A stretch of 64,000 nt of DNA. It comes from an uncultured Magnetococcales bacterium. GTDB taxonomy: Bacteria; Pseudomonadota; Alphaproteobacteria; UBA2136; JAPKEQ01. This document shows positions 50,732-58,872 of this stretch, piece after piece (positions within the stretch are counted from its first letter, which is position 1; every line of letters starts with the position of its first letter). The stretch covers positions 27,566 to 91,565 of the forward strand of contig CAXHDG010000006.1 of the NCBI GenBank assembly GCA_964015495.1, written 5' to 3'. The notes under the pieces were generated by a model that saw only the letters and a program-made list of their open reading frames with translations, did no database searches and had not been told where the DNA came from. The translations under genes were made by a program, and so were the position numbers.

Positions 50732-51936
50732 TACATTTTAATTTCTAGGTTTGAAACGTCTAACTCACCAGAAATAAGCTTAGGTAATAGCATATCTCTA
50801 GTTCTTTCTAGGTTAAAATTACACTCTTTTAATTTATCCATTTGACTCAATAGATCAATGATTTTCAAATTATATTCTTGCTGTAAGTTTTCGCTAGGTA
50901 ATATTATTTCCTTACTTACCAGTTCTGACCAGTGACGTTTATACTCTTTTGTACTCACAAGGCTTGAAATTAAATAATATAAGAATGATGTTGGCATTGA
51001 TGATTTAAGCGGCACAAACGGAATAACATTTGCCCCTACAGAAAATGGCTTGATTAGGATTTGCATTTTACAAGTGTGGTCACCAAATATAATGATAGGG
51101 TTATCAGTGCTGGCGGCTTGGTCAGCCTTATTATTATGATAACCAAGGACATCATTAGTAGACTGGTCAATAACAGGAGTACTGCCAGAACTCCCTACAT
51201 TCTTTTGTGTATATTTCAAGCCCGCAGGTTTTCTTTTTAGAATACCTCCCACACTTTCACACGACCACCCTTCAGGAATAAGCCCAAGTTCAGACCCAAC
51301 AAATTTAGCACGTTCATGACCAGGGAATTTAAAATCAACAAACCAGTGTTTATAAAGTTTTTGCGCCACCTCTTCTAAAATTTGAATGCGCTTGTTGTTA
51401 TTTTCAATCAAATCATCATAAGCCGATAGAACTCCAGCGATTTTATTTTGGATTTTAATATCTTTTGGGTATGATATTTCAAAGCCTTCTAGGGACTCTT
51501 TTGTCAAGGCTTCACGTGTAGCACCACCTTGAGCAATGGATAGTAAACGTTGTTTGTTTTTACTGCTCACTAAAGAGTAATAGGCAAATTTAGAGAGTAT
51601 CTTGTCTTGATTCAACCTAATAATGGCTACATGCTGATTCACACGTGCAGGTAAAGCCTCTTCTGGAACTATACAGCAACGAGCAACTGAAGCTCCTGTA
51701 ATATTAAGCAGGACATCATTTTTCAGAACATTAACATTATCTAATTTTTTCGATTGTTTTTCATCTATACATGCTAAATCGTTCCATTTAAATGAATAAT
51801 CATGAACATTCATACTCCTGATTAAAAATACACCAACTTCCTTATAAGCCCCTTTACCTCCTGTAGGAGTAGCACCACTTCCAATCTTTAACGTTAAGCC
51901 TTTTAAAGTAGATGATTTCCATGCTTGCGTAGGCAT
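50731..51936 (-). CDS. hsdS: Type I restriction-modification specificity subunit
   Basis: 401 aa with two target-recognition halves separated by conserved helical spacers, located between hsdM and hsdR. Confidence 0.85.
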   Translation of the reverse strand: MPTQAWKSSTLKGLTLKIGSGATPTGGKGAYKEVGVFLIRSMNVHDYSFKWNDLACIDEKQSKKLDNVNVLKNDVLLNITGASVARCCIVPEEALPARVNQHVAIIRLNQDKILSKFAYYSLVSSKNKQRLLSIAQGGATREALTKESLEGFEISYPKDIKIQNKIAGVLSAYDDLIENNNKRIQILEEVAQKLYKHWFVDFKFPGHERAKFVGSELGLIPEGWSCESVGGILKRKPAGLKYTQKNVGSSGSTPVIDQSTNDVLGYHNNKADQAASTDNPIIIFGDHTCKMQILIKPFSVGANVIPFVPLKSSMPTSFLYYLISSLVSTKEYKRHWSELVSKEIILPSENLQQEYNLKIIDLLSQMDKLKECNFNLERTRDMLLPKLISGELDVSNLEIKM

Positions 51937-51938
51937 AG

Positions 51939-53510
51939 CTATACCCCCAATAATTTCTTAACATTATGTGAAATCTTACTTTCTAAATCATGTGCGTTTG
52001 AATTTAATCCTAGCAACTCATCATTCAACTCTTTGAGGCGTTCTTCGAAAATGTAATCTTCTTCTTCAGCCTCTGCTACATCCACATAACGGCCAGCGTT
52101 TAAGCTCCAGTCTTGTTTTTCAATAGCTTCTTTATCTACAACCTTACAAAGCCCTGCAATATCCCTGTATTCAAGGTTAGGGAACTCAGCTTCCAAGTCT
52201 TTTTTCTTTGTATGGTTAAACTCTAATGAGTCTTGGTCCCCCCTATAAAGCTTCACAATGTTAGCAATACGCTCCACATGAGCTTCTGTGAACTCTCTAT
52301 GCGCCCTATCAACCTGTTTGTAAATTTCACGTACATCTAAGAATAAAGTCTTATCAGCTCTGTCCGTACGTGGTTTACCATTATCAAAGAACCAGAGTGT
52401 ACAAGGGAGGGTTACATTGTGGAAGAAGTTTGAACCGACAGACACCATGACATCAACCACTCCACTTTGAATGATTTTCTTACGTATTTCTTGCTCTGAC
52501 TGCCTTGCATCACTTGCTGAGTTCGGCATAACAAAACCTGCACGGCCATCCTCAGCTAGTGCTGTATAAAAATCCTGAATCCACAGATAGTTTGCATTAT
52601 CAACCTTTGGAATACCCAGACTATAACGAGGGTCACCCTTTACACGGTCTTTATCGATACCACTTACGTTAAATGGAGGATTGGCCATTACAAAGTTAAA
52701 CTTACCAACACTGTTGTGCATATCCTCATAGAAGGTGTTACCCTGCTTGATGTCACCCTCTAAGCCGTGAACAGCAAGGTTCATTTTACCAAGCTTCACC
52801 GTTTCTTCTGTTTTCTCCTGCCCATAAATAGTGATTTTATCATTAGGGTTGAATTTATGACGCTTAACAAATTCAGCGGACTGAACAAACATACCACCCG
52901 AACCACAAGCAGGGTCAAATACTGAGCCTTGTATGGGCTTAAGAATTTCTACAATAAGACGAACAATAGAGGTTGGAGTGAAAAATTCACCGCCACGTTG
53001 ACCTTCAGCTCCAGCAAACTTGCCAAGGAAGTATTCATAGATCTTACCAAAAGCATCTCCTTCAAGTTCTCCAATTTTCATTTCAGAGAACGTTTTAAGG
53101 AGTGCTATAAGGAGTTCTTTTTCAATACGGAGGTAGTTTTTAGGTAGAACATCTTTCAATGAAGGGTTACCAGATTCAATCTTACTCATAGCTTCATTGA
53201 TGATTTTACCGATATTATCACTTTCAGTGAGTGATCGCAGGTAAGAAAAGCGAGCTTCTTCAGGTAGGTATAACACACCCTCTGCATGGTACTTAACCTT
53301 TTCATCGGTTGCAGCCCGACGGCGGCTTGATACTTTTTCGCCTGCTTTATCAAACTTCTCTTTAGCTTGGGTAAACTTAAAGTCTGCATATCTCAGGAAG
53401 ATCAGCCCTAAAACAGGTGTTGAGAATTCTGCAGTTTTAAGATTAGATGCAGCTCTTAGCTGATTAGCAGCCGCCCACAAATCATTCTTTACTTTATTGA
53501 TATCACTCAT
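51939..53510 (-). CDS. hsdM: Type I restriction-modification N6-adenine DNA methyltransferase subunit
   Basis: Motif [12 protein letters not shown] and motif IV MANPPFN. Confidence 0.9.
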   Translation of the reverse strand: MSDINKVKNDLWAAANQLRAASNLKTAEFSTPVLGLIFLRYADFKFTQAKEKFDKAGEKVSSRRRAATDEKVKYHAEGVLYLPEEARFSYLRSLTESDNIGKIINEAMSKIESGNPSLKDVLPKNYLRIEKELLIALLKTFSEMKIGELEGDAFGKIYEYFLGKFAGAEGQRGGEFFTPTSIVRLIVEILKPIQGSVFDPACGSGGMFVQSAEFVKRHKFNPNDKITIYGQEKTEETVKLGKMNLAVHGLEGDIKQGNTFYEDMHNSVGKFNFVMANPPFNVSGIDKDRVKGDPRYSLGIPKVDNANYLWIQDFYTALAEDGRAGFVMPNSASDARQSEQEIRKKIIQSGVVDVMVSVGSNFFHNVTLPCTLWFFDNGKPRTDRADKTLFLDVREIYKQVDRAHREFTEAHVERIANIVKLYRGDQDSLEFNHTKKKDLEAEFPNLEYRDIAGLCKVVDKEAIEKQDWSLNAGRYVDVAEAEEEDYIFEERLKELNDELLGLNSNAHDLESKISHNVKKLLGV

Positions 53511-53757
53511 TGTTCTTAATTACCTGATTATGTATCTGGCAAACACTCTACTAAAAATAGTAGAAGATGTCATTAAGTTGGGGGCTTCTGCATGCATGGA
53601 AAATGTTAAAGCGTGGTTATAATACATCAACATACCTCCCCCACCTTACACAATACCAATTACTGTCTCAAACTCTGGCTCTGGTAACCGACCTTCAACT
53701 AGACATATATAGCGGCTTTAGGGTAGGAAGACAGATTAAGATTTAAAATGCCCCCAA

Positions 53758-54549
53758 TTATTCCATAACCTCTTTAATATATTCCCTATGAATCGCATGA
53801 CCATCAATCGTCCATGAGTTGGGAACATTAATCTCATCATCAGTATAAGGGATGCCAAAGTAGTTATAGTACTCTTCTAATAATAGGTAGAACGTTCGGT
53901 TCATTTCACCTTTGGGGTAAGGAATAAAAATCGCTTTCTTTTTGGCAAGAGTATATAGAGCATCCTCAATATAATGGATTTTGCCTGCCACATCATCGAA
54001 ATGCTCAGGGTTTTCTATAGGCCTCATAATCGCATCGAAAATATCATCATATGAAAGACTGTTAAACCATTCAGATAGGTTAAACTTTTTAATAACATGC
54101 CTTACAAAGGCATCTCCCTGACTTGGTTTATTGGTAGCGCTGCAATATCGAGGCGTAACCAAACCATATCGCTCATCTTCAGTGATATCAAAACTCTGTT
54201 TGCTAGGAATAGCAATATCTTCCTTAGAGTATTCAATGCCATAAAAAATATAAAATTCTTCCAGAATGCATTTATATAGTAACTGAACTGCACCTTGTCC
54301 ATCAGGGATATACACGCCCCGCATGCCATGATACCTATGGAAAGTCTCTTCTAGGTCGCTCACATGATCAGAAATATCCAGAAAATCTTCAGCACCAATA
54401 GGTAAGAAAAATTCAACGAGCTCAACTATCTCATCAAAACCCACCCCCAACTGTTGCTCTAATTTAAACTTTATAACAATGTGCTCTGCGAAGTCTAAAA
54501 TACTGTCTAATTGCGCCTTTTTATCTTCTGGTATATCTCCGTATTTCAT
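53758..54549 (-). CDS. Hypothetical protein with internal duplication, co-transcribed downstream of the radical-SAM gene
   Basis: It starts 15 nt after the rSAM gene stop. The two halves share the pattern F-D-------E----------IP-------L----LEE-Y--YGI-Y---DI--P. Confidence 0.5.
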   Translation of the reverse strand: MKYGDIPEDKKAQLDSILDFAEHIVIKFKLEQQLGVGFDEIVELVEFFLPIGAEDFLDISDHVSDLEETFHRYHGMRGVYIPDGQGAVQLLYKCILEEFYIFYGIEYSKEDIAIPSKQSFDITEDERYGLVTPRYCSATNKPSQGDAFVRHVIKKFNLSEWFNSLSYDDIFDAIMRPIENPEHFDDVAGKIHYIEDALYTLAKKKAIFIPYPKGEMNRTFYLLLEEYYNYFGIPYTDDEINVPNSWTIDGHAIHREYIKEVME

Positions 54550-54564
54550 ACTCTTTCCCTACTC

Positions 54565-55527
54565 TTACTGCTCATCTATTAAAAATTTTATCTTTGATCG
54601 GGATTTAATAGCTGGCGCCACTTGCATAAGGTCATCTTTTACAGAGTCTTTTATGTGCCCGGATACCAACATAGGCTCTTTAACCAACTCACCATCGCTG
54701 TTTTCATAAAAGTTCTCAGGGCTGGTGATTTGTCCAAATGCATCTACCATGACATAGTGATTTTTGCGCATGGCATTAGTTTTTGCTTGCACCTCAAAGC
54801 GATAGTGATTTTGCCTAATTAAATCTAAGGCAGATAAAAAATGGTCATCACTTAGCATGAAGTGCTTTCGGTTTTTATAACCCAACTCTCCAATAGGCAT
54901 ATACTGAAAGAGCTGAACGTTTTTAACGCTTGAATACCTATTTAAAATATCTAGTATTTTATATACTCCGTGAACATTCCCTTTGTGAACCACGGTATTA
55001 ATATCTAATGGTACACCATCCTTTTCAGCCATCTCTATAATTTGGAGAGACTCCTCAAATAAAGACTTTCTACCCTTTCTAAAATATGAAACAGATTCTT
55101 GGTCCCAACCATCTAGAGGAATTGATAAGCAATCAACTAATCTAGATAGGTCCTTAAGGCTAACAGCAGGCATATCCATCTTAACTGGGTAAATTGCTTT
55201 ATTTGCTCCCAAAAAGACAGTACCAACAGTATCAACCTTAACCCGCAGCCCTAAATCCTTACAAAGTTTAATAACTTCAATCACGTGCGGATAAGTAAAG
55301 GGGTCGCCTCCACATAAAGTGACCTGACCTAAAGGTTGTTTAGCCATAACCTTTCTTAGAAATTTGGAAATTTCATCAACAGTGAGTATTGAACTAGAGC
55401 TACTGCACCCCTTTAAACCCTTAAGATTTTCTTTGGGAAAATTAAAATAGCATCCTTTACAAACAACAGGGCAAGACAAGCCAATTGCTAAGGATATTTT
55501 ATTAAAAATTATATCATCTAAAACCAT
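54565..55527 (-). CDS. Radical SAM enzyme, viperin-like (candidate prokaryotic viperin)
   Basis: CPVVCKGC (CxxxCxxC) and a GGDPF SAM block. The region after the core aligns by eye with human viperin (INTVVHKGNV, LFQYMPIGE, FMLSDDHF, KTNAMRKNHYVMVDAFG). The MVLDD start is preferred over the ORF-track start at 55632. Confidence 0.6.
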   Translation of the reverse strand: MVLDDIIFNKISLAIGLSCPVVCKGCYFNFPKENLKGLKGCSSSSSILTVDEISKFLRKVMAKQPLGQVTLCGGDPFTYPHVIEVIKLCKDLGLRVKVDTVGTVFLGANKAIYPVKMDMPAVSLKDLSRLVDCLSIPLDGWDQESVSYFRKGRKSLFEESLQIIEMAEKDGVPLDINTVVHKGNVHGVYKILDILNRYSSVKNVQLFQYMPIGELGYKNRKHFMLSDDHFLSALDLIRQNHYRFEVQAKTNAMRKNHYVMVDAFGQITSPENFYENSDGELVKEPMLVSGHIKDSVKDDLMQVAPAIKSRSKIKFLIDEQ

Positions 55528-55537
55528 AACTTGATAA

Positions 55538-55570
55538 CTTCCGCCCAAAAGCTTGCTTTTCAAACGGAAG
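55538..55570. promoter_or_regulatory. Nested inverted repeat in the divergent rSAM/HIT-like intergenic region (candidate operator or 5'-UTR hairpin)
   Basis: CTTCCG (55538-43)/CGGAAG (55565-70) enclose AAAAGC-TT-GCTTTT (55547-60). Confidence 0.35.
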
Positions 55571-55626
55571 GGATGGTATACCGTACCTGGATGATATTCA
55601 AGAAAAAACAACCTAAAGTAATAAGC

Positions 55627-56247
55627 ATGCAATACTTTGATGTAACAAAACTGGAAGATCTACCTCCCCTTCAGGAAGGCTATCGATATTTTGACTTTAT
55701 TGGAGGAACAAAAGAGTACAGATGTTTCCGTGCACCAATAGATCTGTCTAGAGGCACTTTTATGAACCAGCATGGTCACCTTCTTGATGAGTGCGTTCAG
55801 CCTATTTATAAACATAATGGTATCACAATTTCGCAAGATACTTCATGTCCTTTACCAGGGTTTTATATAGTTAGCCCCGACAAACAATTTAGATCAATTG
55901 ATGAAGTTGATCCCATTACCCACCAAAGACTTTCTTTCCTAACCCGTGAAATTAGAAAATTAATGAGAGAACACCTAAATATCCAGTTCACACATATTTA
56001 CTATGAAGAAAAAGCCAATAAAGGCTGTCATGTACACTACTGGATATTACCGATTAATGATATTAAGCAGAACCCAAGGCTCTACAAATTTGATGTTAAG
56101 GACTATATGGACCAGTTTACATTCAGAGATAATAAACAAACTATTTTAGATTTTAATAAAAAGATGAAAGACGCTATCGAGAAAAGCAATCTCTACCAGA
56201 GAGATCAAATCCTTGAGAAAGGCCTGAATCAGCTGGAAATTTTTTAA
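55627..56247 (+). CDS. HIT-superfamily-like protein with a degenerate histidine triad
   Basis: GCHVHYWILP sits where HIT proteins carry H-x-H-x-H-x-x, and an upstream LPGFYIVSP strand resembles the nucleotide-binding strand. ATG 55627 is preferred. Confidence 0.4.
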   Translation: MQYFDVTKLEDLPPLQEGYRYFDFIGGTKEYRCFRAPIDLSRGTFMNQHGHLLDECVQPIYKHNGITISQDTSCPLPGFYIVSPDKQFRSIDEVDPITHQRLSFLTREIRKLMREHLNIQFTHIYYEEKANKGCHVHYWILPINDIKQNPRLYKFDVKDYMDQFTFRDNKQTILDFNKKMKDAIEKSNLYQRDQILEKGLNQLEIF

Positions 56248-56831
56248 GAAATTTCTTCATAGTTTCCATTTAAGTCTGCCCATATTGCATGACCATCTTT
56301 TAAAGGGTAGTAGTTCTGCTCTCTTAACTTACCTATAAACTCATCAACAAAATGCGGAACGATCGAAAACGGTAAAATACCGTAACCAGATGTGTTTAAA
56401 AGTTTTATATTATTTTCATCCATACCAATATCCCCTAACGCCTGAATATCCAGCCCAAGCACAGAACTTCCTGCAGAGACCCCAATATAAAGGCCGCCGC
56501 CTTTTAAAAATTTTTGGATATTTTCTTTGGTATGTTTGTTTTGGAAACTCTTAAGGAGCCTGAAGGTATTTCCACCGTTTACATACAAGATATTAAACTG
56601 AGTCAAATCTACTAAAGGATCATTTTCAAAATCTATAAACTGTACGCCCTGCACACCAAAACTCGTGAGCTGCTCTTTCGCAAGCATGGCCCACTCGTTT
56701 TTTTCTTTTTTTGATGATGCTGTTGTCACAATAGCTGCTCGACCTTGTACCCTCAATTGCACAAGCTGTTTTGCGTGATTATAAACACTCGCATGAGAAA
56801 ACCCTGTTGATGTTAAGAGTATGTTTTGCAA
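56244..56831 (-). CDS. Peptidase S51 (dipeptidase E/PepE-like)
   Basis: ILYVNGGNTFRLLK, the nucleophile block LYIGVSAGS, and VPHF matching PepE Ser/His positions. Confidence 0.7.
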   Translation of the reverse strand: MQNILLTSTGFSHASVYNHAKQLVQLRVQGRAAIVTTASSKKEKNEWAMLAKEQLTSFGVQGVQFIDFENDPLVDLTQFNILYVNGGNTFRLLKSFQNKHTKENIQKFLKGGGLYIGVSAGSSVLGLDIQALGDIGMDENNIKLLNTSGYGILPFSIVPHFVDEFIGKLREQNYYPLKDGHAIWADLNGNYEEIS

Positions 56832-56863
56832 CTTAACGTTCCCTTCTTTGGACTTTATCTAAC

Positions 56864-56892
56864 TTGACACTTATAACGAACTCTCTTAGATT
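56864..56892 (+). promoter_or_regulatory. Candidate sigma70-type promoter for the AlaRS-like/kinase operon
   Basis: TTGACA (56864-69), a 17-nt spacer, then TAGATT (56887-92). Confidence 0.35.
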
Positions 56893-56945
56893 GAGCAAAC
56901 TTTCTTAACTTCTCGTACCATTTTCATACTAATAAGGGGCCGACA

Positions 56946-57917
56946 ATGGCTCAACTATCCAAGCAACAGGCGCACAAGTGCCTTGAGCAAGCCTGCTCTC
57001 AATTTAGAACCTTCTTTGAAGGTAAAAATTATCAACACCGAAAATCAGCTCTTATGAGCTCTGGTATTGACCCAACCGTTAGGTTTGTTGGGTCACATAT
57101 GAACACACTTAAAGCAGATATGAATAACAGAGACATACATTCACCTATCTACATTGTTCAGCCCTGCTTAAAAACAAAAAATATTAGCTCTTATGAGGAT
57201 CCTCACTTTTACCCACGCTATGGATCGTATTATATGAGCTTAGGATTACTGGCACCAGCAAACTGCCTTGAGCAGATTTGTTTAGACACCCATGAGTACT
57301 TACTTTCATGCAAGAGCATTCATGATCAAAACATCTCTTATTTGGTATCTTCATCAGATACGGAGATGCTTACCGCATTAAAGCGCTCCCTTCCGAAAGG
57401 TATCATTCATGTAGATACTCTCCCTGAACACAAATATGATCACCAATACGGCATTAATCGTGTTTCAGGTAGAGTTATCAGAGTCATGCTCCAAAATGAC
57501 TCTGATAAAGAAGCAGAGATGATCGCAGTCATTGCTTTACTCACACATGAAGAGGAAGGGCATCTTTTTACAGAGGCCACAATTGGTATTGCTTCTATTC
57601 TTAAGCTCACCGAAAATCTGAGCAATGTTATGGATGTTTATCCTCTCTCACCTCTTGGAAATTCCTGTCTTCATTTGCAGGTCGAGGATATTCTGGTTGC
57701 AACTATCGAGCTTTATCAAGAAGGTCTCCGGCCTTCCAATAAGCACAATAGGAACAGGATACTCAAAAAGTATATCAAGCACCTTTTTGCACTTTGTGAG
57801 AAACTGCAGCTCACGCCAGAGAGTATCAAAAACAGAATTGTGGAATATGAGGCTTCAACAGGACAGCAGGAAACTATTTCAGCTACTCTTATTGAAGACC
57901 TTTTTAAAGCGAAATAA
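56946..57917 (+). CDS. Stand-alone, highly divergent alanyl-tRNA synthetase catalytic-core homolog (323 aa)
   Basis: Collinear by eye with the E. coli AlaRS N-terminal domain. F--FFE-K, IDPTVRFVGSHMN (vs NDPTLLFTNAGMN), QPCLK (vs QRCVR) and GLRPSNKHNRNRILKKYIK (vs GVMPSNENRGYVLRRIIRR) line up. No tRNA-binding, editing or C-Ala domains are present. Confidence 0.5.
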   Translation: MAQLSKQQAHKCLEQACSQFRTFFEGKNYQHRKSALMSSGIDPTVRFVGSHMNTLKADMNNRDIHSPIYIVQPCLKTKNISSYEDPHFYPRYGSYYMSLGLLAPANCLEQICLDTHEYLLSCKSIHDQNISYLVSSSDTEMLTALKRSLPKGIIHVDTLPEHKYDHQYGINRVSGRVIRVMLQNDSDKEAEMIAVIALLTHEEEGHLFTEATIGIASILKLTENLSNVMDVYPLSPLGNSCLHLQVEDILVATIELYQEGLRPSNKHNRNRILKKYIKHLFALCEKLQLTPESIKNRIVEYEASTGQQETISATLIEDLFKAK

Positions 57918-57990
57918 AGCTTACCCTTTTATGGGTAGGCTTTTTTACTTTTTCATATATGATATACCTCTACTTAAAGGGGCAAGAAAG

Positions 57991-58635
57991 ATGAATTCAG
58001 CACTATTTATTGTTATTGAGGGTATGGATGGTGTTGGCAAAACAACGACAATTCAACAACTCGCTTATAATATGAATGCCAAAGTATTAAGGCATATGGA
58101 TTCTCATGAACTTGAAACATTAGAGCAGCTTATTTCAGACAAGGCACCATCTGCTGACATTCATAACTTTGCACTTGAATGCTTACACAAAAAGTCTGAA
58201 GAAGTTAACAAGCTTAACCAAAACGATACTCCTGTTATCATGGATAGATACATCTATTCAGCAATCGCGTATTACCTGGCAAATGCTAAACTTATTGACG
58301 AGCCTATTAAAGCATTTAATATTGATGCCCTACAGCTCAGACAGCCCGACGTTGCATTTTATCTATATTTAGACTCTGATTCCCACCTAAAAAGAATCCA
58401 GGAAAGAGGCACACAAAACGATGCCAATGACCAAAAAATTATTTCTAACAACCTATACCGAGATCAACTCAGGCAATACTTTTTAAAGTTTACAGATGAA
58501 CAGCACTTCAAAGCAGTCGATATAGAAAACAAAACAGTCCAAGAAGTATGCAAAGAAATAGAAATCCAATCACTTGAAATTAAGCCCAATGAACAGCATA
58601 CTAACCTCGCTGGCTTAGGGAAATACTATGAATAA
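57991..58635 (+). CDS. Thymidylate kinase family nucleotide kinase (Tmk/CMPK2-like)
   Basis: P-loop IVIEGMDGVGKTT and a DRYIYSAIAY block. ATG 57991 has an AAAGGGG RBS, and the long ORF-track N-extension (57625) is rejected. Confidence 0.7.
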   Translation: MNSALFIVIEGMDGVGKTTTIQQLAYNMNAKVLRHMDSHELETLEQLISDKAPSADIHNFALECLHKKSEEVNKLNQNDTPVIMDRYIYSAIAYYLANAKLIDEPIKAFNIDALQLRQPDVAFYLYLDSDSHLKRIQERGTQNDANDQKIISNNLYRDQLRQYFLKFTDEQHFKAVDIENKTVQEVCKEIEIQSLEIKPNEQHTNLAGLGKYYE

Positions 58636-58650
58636 AGAAAAGTACTTTGC

Positions 58651-58872
58651 ATGACAGAGCAAGATAGAAGAAAAGCGCACCAGCCCACAGATGCTAAGCT
58701 CTACAAAGAGTTTAAAACCGGTAAGCGCATTAAGCACGAGCGCCGATCTGACGAACTCTCTCGTTTGCAAGAAATTCATTCACAAAAAGTGCTCTGGTGG
58801 AAAGTCATCACAGCTTGCTTTGCGCTCAATATTATTTTTATTGGGCTCGCTATATGGGGAATAAAAAATTGA
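58651..58872 (+). CDS. Small single-TM protein (73 aa)
   Basis: A basic N-terminal half followed by one C-terminal TM helix. It overlaps the next gene's start. Confidence 0.4.
   Translation: MTEQDRRKAHQPTDAKLYKEFKTGKRIKHERRSDELSRLQEIHSQKVLWWKVITACFALNIIFIGLAIWGIKN

Noticed and set aside
55528-55632. An upstream extension of the radical-SAM ORF to ATG 55632, and of the HIT-like ORF to 55531.
   Set aside because: The two extensions overlap each other on opposite strands. Both proteins have sensible starts (55527 and 55627) that leave a 99-bp divergent promoter region. The call is uncertain without homolog alignment.
57625-57990. A long N-terminal extension of the Tmk-like ORF (ORF-track start at 57625).
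   Set aside because: It overlaps the 3' third of the AlaRS-like gene in another frame. The P-loop begins right after ATG 57991, which has its own RBS.
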